A DNA stretch of 64,000 nucleotides from a virus. Taxonomy: Duplodnaviria; Caudoviricetes. Where the stretch lies: positions 9,188-73,187 of IMG/VR virus record IMGVR_UViG_3300011427_000001; one strand, 5' to 3'. A program made the position numbers and the translations under genes. Shown here one piece after another: positions 18,448 to 26,908 of this stretch. Numbering within the stretch: the first letter of the stretch is position 1; each line of letters starts with the position of its first letter. The notes below the pieces were generated by a model. The model was given only the letters and a program-made list of their open reading frames with translations, had not been told where the DNA came from and made no database searches.

Positions 18448-19127
18448 TGAGAAGAGCCAAGCACCGGATTACCACCAAGCGGAACCATTGGCTGTGTTCT
18501 TCTATCTAACGTATCAACTCGAAATAATTTGTGCAACTGATATCCAACCCGGTAAGGTTCACCCGCTACCTTCACAAATTCACTTATGGTATTCAAGATG
18601 GCCGGGTCGTTCCGCTTGCTCCACTCGGGGTGCAACCAAATGGGTTGTCCATGATACTGTGGCGTCGACAGCATGCGTGCCCAATGCGAAGGAGCTTCGA
18701 CCGAATCCACAATTACCTTGAATTCATTCGCCGCAAAAACGTTCTCGGGGAGGGGAAGCTTCGCCGCTTTAGGTGACAGCGTAATCCAATCGAAGGTCCC
18801 CTTGATTTCAAAGCAGCCCGCCGTCTCGAGGTGCGCTGCTCGGCCCAAGTCATGCAGCGTAGCGGTCAGCAGTCGCAAGTCGTGAATGGTGGGTTCGCCT
18901 CCGGTCACGACCGCGAAGGATGCGTTGGTTTCAAGCATCTCATTCACCAACTCTATCTCGGACAGCCGGTCAACGTGAGCTGGGACGTAGTCCTTATGCC
19001 ACGTCCCGGCGCTGTCGCACCAAGGACAGTGCAGTGGACAACCGAAAGTGCGGATGAAAAAAGCAGGTCGACCCATGTGGACCCCTTCACCCTGCCACGT
19101 GTAAAATCTTTCGTGAATGGGAAGCAT
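18444..19127 (-). CDS. queE: QueE, 7-carboxy-7-deazaguanine synthase (radical SAM)
   Basis: IHERFYTWQGEG, GCPLHCPWCD, TGGEP, LET, TLSPK; start reassigned to MLPIHE. Confidence 0.93.
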   Translation of the reverse strand: MLPIHERFYTWQGEGVHMGRPAFFIRTFGCPLHCPWCDSAGTWHKDYVPAHVDRLSEIELVNEMLETNASFAVVTGGEPTIHDLRLLTATLHDLGRAAHLETAGCFEIKGTFDWITLSPKAAKLPLPENVFAANEFKVIVDSVEAPSHWARMLSTPQYHGQPIWLHPEWSKRNDPAILNTISEFVKVAGEPYRVGYQLHKLFRVDTLDRRTQPMVPLGGNPVLGSSQ

Positions 19128-19131
19128 TGCC

Positions 19132-19629
19132 TTAATACTCTGCGGTGGCGCTGTTCTTGCTGTCTTCGTAGACAGTGACCTTCGATATCCTAACCGACCG
19201 ACGAACACAGTCTTGATCCGCATGCACTCCCAACTTATGGAAGAACACCGCATTGACCGTATCCAGCAACCACCGGGCCAGCCCCTCGCAACTGCAATCA
19301 GGCACGGAAATGATTTTGGCCAATTCAATGGACGATGGGCTGGTTGGGTCAAAACGAACTTCGGTCAACTGCTCCTGCAGATACCCAAGAAACGGGTCAC
19401 TCGCATTGAGCACCAGGGTATGGTCAAAATGGTCCTCAAGCCACTTGCGCAGTTTCTTGAGCTTCCCAAAGTCCACCACAAACCCAGTCCCCGCTTCAAG
19501 TTCAGCACACACAAAGGTCAGTTCGAGTGACCAATTATGCCCATGCAAGAGAGCACAGTGCCCATCGTGGGCCGGCTGGCGGTGTGCAAACGGGAACTCC
19601 GGGAACAGTTTGGTGATGCTTGTCTTCAT
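19132..19629 (-). CDS. queD: QueD, 6-carboxy-5,6,7,8-tetrahydropterin synthase
   Basis: AHR...CALLHGHNW (Cx3HGH), VVDFG, FDHT, SCEGLA, YED. Confidence 0.92.
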   Translation of the reverse strand: MKTSITKLFPEFPFAHRQPAHDGHCALLHGHNWSLELTFVCAELEAGTGFVVDFGKLKKLRKWLEDHFDHTLVLNASDPFLGYLQEQLTEVRFDPTSPSSIELAKIISVPDCSCEGLARWLLDTVNAVFFHKLGVHADQDCVRRSVRISKVTVYEDSKNSATAEY

Positions 19630-19721
19630 AAGTTTCCACCTATTGTCACGCCCAATGCTTCGCCCTGCGCAGAGATCTCCCTCTCTTTGGACCCGCACAG
19701 CTATTCCCGAGACCGACCCCG

Positions 19722-19768
19722 CTAGACGAAGAAAAAGCGCACTGCTCGCACAGTGCGCTCTTCGCTAG
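19722..19768 (-). terminator. intrinsic terminator-like hairpin with extended outer pairing
   Basis: AGCGCACTG/CAGTGCGCT stem followed by T-rich TTTTCTTC; CGAAGA/TCTTCG and CTAG/CTAG extend the stem. Confidence 0.7.
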
Positions 19769-19781
19769 GGAAACAACCGGG

Positions 19782-20345
19782 TCAGACCAGCCGGTATCCC
19801 TTCTCGCCGGACTCGGCCTTCTTCTGTCCGATGAGCCACTTCACGTGTCCGCGCACCCGAGCGACCGTGACCTTCGCACCCTTCGCGATGGTCTCCTCAT
19901 CGGTCCAGCTCTTCTTGAGCTGCGCGTTGATGGCCGCGGCCTGCGACCCCTCGCGATTACCGAACTTGTCGCGCACGACGTCCGACTTCGGGGGCGTGGT
20001 CGGGTGCTTGGTGGCCTTGGCCGACTTCATGGTCTTGACCCCGGCGCTCTCCGCGACCTTGTCTTCAGCAGTCTTGCCCGGGTCCTTACCCGCCGACTTC
20101 TCGGCCTTCTCGGCCGGCTTGCTGTCGTCTTCGACCGTGAGGGCCTCGCTCTTCTCGTTGGCCGCAAGCACGGCCTTGAGGTCGGCCAGCACGGCCTTGT
20201 CTTCGATGCCCTTGAGGTCGTCGGCCACCGCGGTCTCATTGATGCCGGACAGCTTCTTCTGGACGCGGTCGAGGTCCCACTTGTCGGCCGTCTTGAAGCG
20301 AATTGCGACGAGAACGGCTACGGCTGCAATGCGTGTGATGTTCAT
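19782..20345 (-). CDS. Lys/Ala-rich, probably highly expressed DNA-binding protein with C-terminal HTH
   Basis: Strong G/C-ending codon bias like the capsid gene; long A-rich leader; own terminator; AEK-rich linker. Confidence 0.65.
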   Translation of the reverse strand: MNITRIAAVAVLVAIRFKTADKWDLDRVQKKLSGINETAVADDLKGIEDKAVLADLKAVLAANEKSEALTVEDDSKPAEKAEKSAGKDPGKTAEDKVAESAGVKTMKSAKATKHPTTPPKSDVVRDKFGNREGSQAAAINAQLKKSWTDEETIAKGAKVTVARVRGHVKWLIGQKKAESGEKGYRLV

Positions 20346-20404
20346 TTTGGTACTTGTTTTTTGACTAGCGTTTTGACTTTTGGTTACTAACGGAAAGTGG
20401 TGTA

Positions 20405-20575
20405 TCAGCATTCAGCATGGACCAGTTCGAGCTCGCACACAATGGACGCTTCCATTGGGGTCATCCCCGCGTGGTAGCAACGGGTCAGCACGTCGAACGC
20501 GACCGCGATATCCTTCGCGTCCATCCAGTCCGTCAGGAGGGTCATCCAGAGTTCGAATTGGAGTTTGTTGTGCAT
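20405..20575 (-). CDS. hypothetical protein, 56 aa (not in the ORF track)
   Basis: Hand translation MHNKLQFELWMTLLTDW...ELVHAEC; A/C-rich leader; same strand as the operon. Confidence 0.55.
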   Translation of the reverse strand: MHNKLQFELWMTLLTDWMDAKDIAVAFDVLTRCYHAGMTPMEASIVCELELVHAEC

Positions 20576-20688
20576 GTGTTTTGCGAGTTTGTAACTAACC
20601 CAACACCCACACCATGAACGATGATCTGGTCACGGTCAACGATTTTTCTGACAAAGGTTTCCGATTTCCGTAACCACGGCACGAACAC

Positions 20689-22095
20689 TTAGAAGCACGA
20701 CCGCACAGCGGGATTGCTCATGGCCAAGCATGCCGCAACCGCCACCGTATCGGTCTCAACGTACTCTCCTTCCCGCAGCACTACCCAATTCAACCGATAT
20801 ACCTCCAGCTTCTTCTCCGCGTCGTTTTGGTTGATGCCCAACAGCCCGGTCACGTGCGACAGCTTGCGCTTGTCTTCCGAGAAGTTCGTGCGTCTAATGA
20901 TCTCGGTCGTGAAGCTGTCGGTGTCAGACTGTGTCGCGGTCACGTACAGGACATGCCACTTCGAACTCAGCCCCCGCTGTTGTTTCCACGATGCGTTAAT
21001 GCGGTCGCGTGATGAGGTGGCAGTGGGGTCCGCTGCAGCCTCGTCGAGAATGTCAGCGTAGTCGACCACCACCACGTCAGGCACCCAGCCTTCGCGTGCC
21101 CAGATCTCGAGCTGGGCGTCAATACCTTTCACACTGAGCGTTGAGTTGGGATGTGCTACGAAGCGCAGGTACTCCTTGCCTCGAACCCGATATTGCGCGG
21201 TCTCCTGAAAAGCCAGCTTGGCGTCTCGAAAGCTAAGGGGTGCGTCGAACACTCGCTCTTCGTGCTTTACCTGCACTTCGTTTTCCACCCGCCGCATTTT
21301 GGTTGGGTAGAGCACCGTGTGCGGCCAGTGCTTCGCTTTGACTGGCCGACCAGCAGCCCGGGCCGCAAATCGTCGCAGCATCTGTCGTTCGCTCATGTCA
21401 CCTGCCGCAAACCAAGCTACCCGCCTGCGTTGCAGAATTGCTCGCCACCCGATGTCAATCAACCAAAAACTCTTGCCCCGCTTCTCGGGTGCCATGAACA
21501 CCACGAACGCGTCCCGGGTCAACTGATTGCGAAGCATTGACCCCAACGCCCCGGGGTAGGTTACAATGTCATCCACGTCATCTTCCAACGCTGCACGCAA
21601 TGCTTCGTCGTCTTCCAACACATTGACAACTGAACCAGTGCCCAGCTCGACCTTGCCAAACTTGTTGACCTCGGCGGTCGCGTCTTCAACCTTGCCAGTC
21701 TCCAACCCTTCAGTCACGGTCTCGACCAATCGTTGCAACCGCACGCGAGTGAAATGTTTCGCGGCCCGGTCTATCACGTAGCTGCTATTGATTTCCTTCC
21801 GCAGCGTTTCATATTCCCCACTCAAGCCACGCAGGAACTTCTCCACCAAGTCAACCGTGTCCTTGTCCTTGTTCGTTTGGGCCCACGCCTCAAACACACC
21901 CTCAATGTCCCCTTGGGGTGCTCGCTCGTGATTGACCAGATACCGGACGCACCAACCTCCCACAATGTTTGCCCAGCGGCTGCGAAACAGACCCTCCTGC
22001 CACTTCGGCGTGATGCGCGCAAGTGTGGTCGTATCCACAATCATTGCTGTCAGAATTGTGCGCTCTTCGTTGCCTTCAATGCGTTCAATTCTCAT
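20689..22095 (-). CDS. DnaB-like replicative helicase
   Basis: Walker A APEKRGKS, VVVDYAD, VTATQ, SEDKRK; helical N-terminal domain. Confidence 0.85.
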   Translation of the reverse strand: MRIERIEGNEERTILTAMIVDTTTLARITPKWQEGLFRSRWANIVGGWCVRYLVNHERAPQGDIEGVFEAWAQTNKDKDTVDLVEKFLRGLSGEYETLRKEINSSYVIDRAAKHFTRVRLQRLVETVTEGLETGKVEDATAEVNKFGKVELGTGSVVNVLEDDEALRAALEDDVDDIVTYPGALGSMLRNQLTRDAFVVFMAPEKRGKSFWLIDIGWRAILQRRRVAWFAAGDMSERQMLRRFAARAAGRPVKAKHWPHTVLYPTKMRRVENEVQVKHEERVFDAPLSFRDAKLAFQETAQYRVRGKEYLRFVAHPNSTLSVKGIDAQLEIWAREGWVPDVVVVDYADILDEAAADPTATSSRDRINASWKQQRGLSSKWHVLYVTATQSDTDSFTTEIIRRTNFSEDKRKLSHVTGLLGINQNDAEKKLEVYRLNWVVLREGEYVETDTVAVAACLAMSNPAVRSCF

Positions 22096-23356
22096 TGAGG
22101 CGTTTTAGGTAGTCTTCGAACTTGGGCATTGCAGCACGTCCCATTTTCAGGAAGTCGGGATGTCCTTCCCAGAAGGTGTAAGACTTGAGCGACCCGCTCC
22201 ATTCCTTCCAATCCCGGGTCTGTTGCTGCACCCGCCTGAACCATTCCTGCACGAAGGCCGGAGTGGAGCGCACCAACTCAACCATGGCATTACGAATGAT
22301 GTCGTGTTGCAGACGCTCAGATATACCGGTCGGCCGCTGCTCCTCCCATTTGAAATACCTCTTCCGAAAAGCAGCGTGTGCATCGAAGCTGGTGCGAATG
22401 GCCTGCTTCAACTCAGCATCCGTGCACGCCCATTTCACTTCACGCAAACGGTCAAAGACGAGCTGCTCAGGTTCTGTGAGTTGAATCTGTTCTACCTTCC
22501 CGTTTACGGCTTTGGCCATTCTGTCCACTGAGCTTTGGGCCATCCTTGCTTCTATCTTAGTGAACTTGTCCCGAAAGTCTTCGGCTGAATGAACCTGTGG
22601 CATCATCTCTTGCTTCCAGTGCAAGGTGTACCAAACCAAAACAGTTCGCAAACGCTCTTTGTTCCCGTCCACCATATCTAATGTTTCCTGCATGAAACGC
22701 TGCCATCTTGTACGACTTGGAGCTCGTGTTAGCCTTCTAGCTTGTCTGATGTGAGTCTCGAGCTCGTGACATGCTCTTTGAACGAATGTGGGTTTTTCTA
22801 TCCCCCCAAAGAAACCCCCGTGCACTTTTTTCTCACCCTCTCCGTTACGACGGGAGGGAGTAACTGTGTTATTCTCTTCTCCTATTATTCTCCTATTAAG
22901 TATCTTGACGGTTTCGCCAAGATTATCTTCTCGTTTTCGAGAAGCAATCTTCTCGTTTTCGTCAAGATGGAGGGAGCTCCCTATTGTACCCTTCGCCCTT
23001 AAAGACGACAAGTAACGAGCGAAATGTTCCTCTAGTAGGCGATAGTACTTCTTCTGTGGAATACCCATGCACCTAGTGTTGACCCAACCGAAGATCTCCC
23101 ATTTTTTCATCACTGTTCGAAAGGCATACAGGGACAGACCCACCGGCTCGCAAAATAGCTTGGGTTGAATGAAAATCTTATCCTGTCCTTCTGCTTTGAA
23201 CTTCTCCCAAAGATAAAGGAATCGACGTATGATAACGGCCTCCTCGATAGAAGAGCCACGAGCTAAGTCATTGTCATAAACCGTGACGTTGCGTTCATTG
23301 TTTGCCTTCCAAACATCATACGGTATCTGTTCCACATTGGGTTGCTCGATTTTCAT
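22085..23356 (-). CDS. replication initiator-like protein (N-terminal winged HTH)
   Basis: wHTH-like N-terminus (VGLS...RTVMKKW..FGWV...KKYYRL); lies between primase and helicase; internal DNA repeats. Confidence 0.55.
   Translation of the reverse strand: MKIEQPNVEQIPYDVWKANNERNVTVYDNDLARGSSIEEAVIIRRFLYLWEKFKAEGQDKIFIQPKLFCEPVGLSLYAFRTVMKKWEIFGWVNTRCMGIPQKKYYRLLEEHFARYLSSLRAKGTIGSSLHLDENEKIASRKREDNLGETVKILNRRIIGEENNTVTPSRRNGEGEKKVHGGFFGGIEKPTFVQRACHELETHIRQARRLTRAPSRTRWQRFMQETLDMVDGNKERLRTVLVWYTLHWKQEMMPQVHSAEDFRDKFTKIEARMAQSSVDRMAKAVNGKVEQIQLTEPEQLVFDRLREVKWACTDAELKQAIRTSFDAHAAFRKRYFKWEEQRPTGISERLQHDIIRNAMVELVRSTPAFVQEWFRRVQQQTRDWKEWSGSLKSYTFWEGHPDFLKMGRAAMPKFEDYLKRLNEN
22877..22968. repeat. 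iteron-like repeat cluster (candidate replication origin)
   Basis: ttctcctatta x2 in tandem (22877-22898); atcttctcgttttcg x2 (22925-22939, 22947-22961); inverted pair atcttgacg/cgtcaagat (22902-22910, 22960-22968). Confidence 0.6.
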
Positions 23357-24225
23357 AAGCCCAGTTCCTTCCTTATGCTCCGCAGTTCTTTTTCGCTAGC
23401 CTCGCCTGCATCTTTTGCGTCCAAATGGAGCAGACACACACGACCGCCAAAACTCTTCAGGTCTTCGGCCATTTGTCGTGCTCGGCTCTGCGCTACCGTT
23501 TCGTTGTCGTAGCAGATTCCCACGATTGGGTACCTAGACATGCGCAGGAGCTGGGCTTGCTTGATAGCGGTCCCAAAGGTCGCAACCGCCCCGGGTCCAA
23601 TCTTCCACACGTCCATCGGCCCTTCCACTACGCAAATGGCGTGCTTGGCGAGGTCCTCCCCGTACAGCAGGGTCTTATGGTTCAGCATTTCCTCTTCCTC
23701 ACCCGCGGAGATATAACGCTGCGTGACGTTGGGGTCGACTGCTCGGGTGGTCCAGCTTACGGTCTCACCCCTCAGCTTGATGGGAATGAAGACCCGCCAT
23801 TGCAGTCTACTGGAAATACCAATGCCCTGAATGTCCCACAGGCGTTCCAGCTCCGCTACGTTAAAACCTCGACCCTCGAGATACTCCACGTGGGCACGCC
23901 TCAAGGGTCCCAGTCCGGGCGGTAACATAAGTTTCCCCCGCTTCTCAATTCGTTTGGGGCCACGATAGGCCTCGAGGCTACCCAACAGTCGACGCGACTC
24001 ACGAAAGGACAGACCTGTGAGTTCAGTCAGTGTCTCGACCAGCCCGTGCTTGGCACACTTCCAACAGTGCACATAATTCTTCTCGAGGTTGTACCCCATG
24101 TGAAACTTCCGGCTGTTCCGTCCGCACCAAGGGCAGTCCAGTTGCACCCACCCCTCACGGCAATGCTTGTTCCCTTCTGCTAGAAATTCAATGCCGTGCT
24201 CAGCTAAGAGCTCGGTGAACTTCAT
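23353..24225 (-). CDS. DNA primase (zinc-binding domain plus Toprim)
   Basis: CPWC...HCWKC; VVEGPMD, TFGT, YDNE Toprim residues. Confidence 0.88.
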   Translation of the reverse strand: MKFTELLAEHGIEFLAEGNKHCREGWVQLDCPWCGRNSRKFHMGYNLEKNYVHCWKCAKHGLVETLTELTGLSFRESRRLLGSLEAYRGPKRIEKRGKLMLPPGLGPLRRAHVEYLEGRGFNVAELERLWDIQGIGISSRLQWRVFIPIKLRGETVSWTTRAVDPNVTQRYISAGEEEEMLNHKTLLYGEDLAKHAICVVEGPMDVWKIGPGAVATFGTAIKQAQLLRMSRYPIVGICYDNETVAQSRARQMAEDLKSFGGRVCLLHLDAKDAGEASEKELRSIRKELGL

Positions 24226-24620
24226 GCCGCGTGTTTGGCAACGGCCCGTTTCCGCACCCGCAGGAGCGGAAGGATTTTGTTCGCTTGACGGAAGAACTCA
24301 ACCATGGCAACAATCATGTCCAACCCATGCTCAGCACACACGGTCTTGAACAGACTGCGCACTTCATTCGGGGTGGGACGGATGTGAATCGAACCGTACT
24401 CCAAATCCGGATTCAATTTCACCCGGCGCCCGTCCTTCACATTCAGCATGGGCACAAGCTCCCGGCTCCGTCGCATGAACTCAATGCACGCTGGCAGCAT
24501 GGGAATGTCCCGCCGGGCACACTGCGCTTTGAAAGCGGCCTTGTCGCCCTTCTCGATAAACCGGATGTAGACCGTGCAGGTGCCCGGCTTCTTGGGGACT
24601 TGGTTGTAGATGGGTTTCAT
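24222..24620 (-). CDS. tandem ribbon-helix-helix regulator
   Basis: Two similar units: VYIR...FKAQCARRDIPM...EFMR and IHIR...FKTVCAEHGLDM...EFFR. Confidence 0.55.
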   Translation of the reverse strand: MKPIYNQVPKKPGTCTVYIRFIEKGDKAAFKAQCARRDIPMLPACIEFMRRSRELVPMLNVKDGRRVKLNPDLEYGSIHIRPTPNEVRSLFKTVCAEHGLDMIVAMVEFFRQANKILPLLRVRKRAVAKHAA

Positions 24621-25957
24621 ATTGATTTGATTAGTTCATTGAAAATGTTTAGGTCGTCGCCCTGCCCTTTGCCGTCCAGTATATTTTCAAGGATACTCTG
24701 TTTGTCGCGAAGTAGCTTGCAGAGTTTCTCTTCCACCGTCTGCACAGCAACGAGGTAGTAGATGGTTGCGACCCGCTGTTGTCCAATGCGATGAATGCGA
24801 TCTTCGCCCTGCACTACGTCACCCGGGGTCCAGGGCAGGTCGGTAAAGGCACAGGTGGGGGCACGAGTGAGCGTCAAACCCACCCCCGCCGCTTTGACGT
24901 TACCAATGAACAAGCGGGTGCCCCGGTCGTGCTGGAACTTGTCCACTGCGAGCATGCGATGACGACCCTTCACACTCCCATCGACCACGACCGAGATCTT
25001 GCGGTAACGTTCGTGCAGCAACTCGACCATCCGCCGATGCACGGTCATCAGCACCAAGTTGTCATCAGTCGACTCAAGGTAGTGGTCAATCCAGTCGTAG
25101 ATCAACGGGACCTTGAGCCTGGCACACAAGCGCAGCAGGTATCCAATCTTGACCAAGGCCTCACTCTTCTTGGCTTTACTGGCCCGAGTGACCGACTGCT
25201 TCGACAGCCACCCCAGAAAGTTTTCGCACGCCTCAACGTACTCACGACGGTCAGGCAGGTCGAGCGGCACTATCTTGCGGACCTTCTCTGGCAGTTCCCG
25301 CAGCACGTCCTTCTTCAAACGCCGAATCATACAATGCGACCGCAACTTTGCATGAAGCTCATCGAGGTTACGAGAGCCACTGTAAACCCATCCCCACGGC
25401 TTGCGCTGTGGACGCGTGTAACGGTACGCGAACTTTTGGAAGCTCGAATACACCTCGGGGTAAAGCACGTTGAGCGTCGGCCAGAGTTCAGCGGGTTGAT
25501 TCGTTAGGGGCGTCCCGCTCAACGCCACGACATGGGGAATGCGGTCAGCTAGGTCCTGCACAGCTTTGCATCGACGACTCGCGCGATTCTTAATCGACTG
25601 GCACTCATCTATGATAAGCGTGCTCGCTCCCAGCTTGCGCAAATATGGTAACCAGTATGACAAGATCTCATAGTTGATGATGGTAACCGGGTGCGTGCTC
25701 AGTGCACGCAAGCGGGGCACCCTGCGACCCTCCAGCACCTCGCTCATTAGGTTGAGATGCGAAGACGCTTCCCGCTCCCAATTGAACTTGAGCGATGCGG
25801 GACACACTATGATGACCGGCAGATGCCGGGTGCGCCAGCAGTAATAAAGCGCCTGCAAGCTCTTACCCAAGCCCATCTCATCGGCCAGCAAGGCCCGCCC
25901 ACCAAAACGATGGATTTGTCGGGCCCCGACGTACTGGTAGTCTTTAAGGTCGGTCAC
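24617..25957 (-). CDS. SNF2-family helicase (HARP/SMARCAL1-like)
   Basis: LADEMGLGKS, IDECQ, SGTP, GVGLTL, QGEDRIHRIGQ. Confidence 0.92.
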   Translation of the reverse strand: MTDLKDYQYVGARQIHRFGGRALLADEMGLGKSLQALYYCWRTRHLPVIIVCPASLKFNWEREASSHLNLMSEVLEGRRVPRLRALSTHPVTIINYEILSYWLPYLRKLGASTLIIDECQSIKNRASRRCKAVQDLADRIPHVVALSGTPLTNQPAELWPTLNVLYPEVYSSFQKFAYRYTRPQRKPWGWVYSGSRNLDELHAKLRSHCMIRRLKKDVLRELPEKVRKIVPLDLPDRREYVEACENFLGWLSKQSVTRASKAKKSEALVKIGYLLRLCARLKVPLIYDWIDHYLESTDDNLVLMTVHRRMVELLHERYRKISVVVDGSVKGRHRMLAVDKFQHDRGTRLFIGNVKAAGVGLTLTRAPTCAFTDLPWTPGDVVQGEDRIHRIGQQRVATIYYLVAVQTVEEKLCKLLRDKQSILENILDGKGQGDDLNIFNELIKSI

Positions 25958-25960
25958 GCT

Positions 25961-26509
25961 CTAGTATCGCGTGAGCAGCACGCCGATCTCCTCAAATGCA
26001 ATCGCGACCCGGTCTCGGGTCCAACCCAGATTCAGCAGGTGATGCTTCAAGGTACGCTGCGCTGCACACTTGGTCCGCACGTCCTTCTCACCCAGGATAG
26101 CTGACAGTTCAGCGGGAGCCTCCAGCACAAGCGAGACGACCAGCTTGGCGTCGTCTTCAAGATGGGGAAGGAAGCGCAGCAGAAACTGGTTGGGGTCTTC
26201 GGTCCCACACACCTCTTCATTCACCTCGAGGTGACCCATGTGCCGACGCTGCTTCTGCAAGAAGGTCTTCAGGTCGTTGCTGACCGCGAAGCACACGTAA
26301 GAAGAGAAGCGGGACTTCCGACTGAAGCGCTCCGGTTCGTAGCGGTCCACACATTTGACGAAGCTGTGATGCGCTTCGCTAATCAATTCGTCGGCCGGGT
26401 AATTGTATCTTCGGGCAAAGCTGTGCGCAATTTTGTAGAGCAGCAGACGAACGTCGGCATAGCATTCTGATATCGTGTCGTGTCTTAGTGCGAGGGCGTT
26501 TGCAATCAT
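25961..26509 (-). CDS. sigma70-like (region 2) transcription factor
   Basis: LLYKIAHSF...DELISEA...FVKCVDRYEP...FSSYV..AV; start assumed at MIANA. Confidence 0.7.
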   Translation of the reverse strand: MIANALALRHDTISECYADVRLLLYKIAHSFARRYNYPADELISEAHHSFVKCVDRYEPERFSRKSRFSSYVCFAVSNDLKTFLQKQRRHMGHLEVNEEVCGTEDPNQFLLRFLPHLEDDAKLVVSLVLEAPAELSAILGEKDVRTKCAAQRTLKHHLLNLGWTRDRVAIAFEEIGVLLTRY

Positions 26510-26604
26510 GTTTGGAGTTGAGTAGGATGAGACCCGTGACCCGTGCGCTGACAAAGCACGCAATCACATGAACCACACTGATGCAGCTACCGGAAAAAAC
26601 GTAA

Positions 26605-26639
26605 AGGAAAAAAGCACGGAACCCCTTGGCTCCGTGCTT
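26605..26639 (-). terminator. intrinsic terminator closing early operon 1
   Basis: AAGCACGGA/TCCGTGCTT 9-bp stem followed by a T run on the minus strand. Confidence 0.85.
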
Positions 26640-26663
26640 AGAAATCTTTTTGGAGAGGCCCGG

Positions 26664-26885
26664 TCAATGTCGGCGTCGAGGGTGGTTGCGATAGTGTGCT
26701 CCCACGATGTATGGATGCACCAAAATCATCCGCGCTCGGGCGGACTCCGATGGAGGCATGGGCTGACGCTTGCGCCGAGCTTTGACGGTCTGCCGTTCGT
26801 GGTAGCGTCGCAGCAGTTCGGCCATGTCAATCCGACTGAAGTCGGTCGATGGTGTGGACGGTTTCTTAGCAGTGTTTGATTTCAT
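26664..26885 (-). CDS. small basic hypothetical protein
   Basis: Start reassigned to MKSNTAKK after an A-rich leader. Confidence 0.55.
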   Translation of the reverse strand: MKSNTAKKPSTPSTDFSRIDMAELLRRYHERQTVKARRKRQPMPPSESARARMILVHPYIVGAHYRNHPRRRH

Positions 26886-26908
26886 GGGTCCTTTCGTTTT
26901 GCTGTTTA

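Noticed and set aside
13164-19629. A QueC, QueF, Gat-QueC or ArcS gene
   Set aside because: No PP-loop SGGxDS or QueF motif occurs in any ORF here. One could lie outside the window or be supplied by the host.
19630-19721. Untranslated stretch upstream of queD as a possible preQ1 riboswitch
   Set aside because: I could not find the P1 stem, loop and A-rich tail of preQ1-I, or a preQ1-II/III fold. An Rfam scan would settle it.
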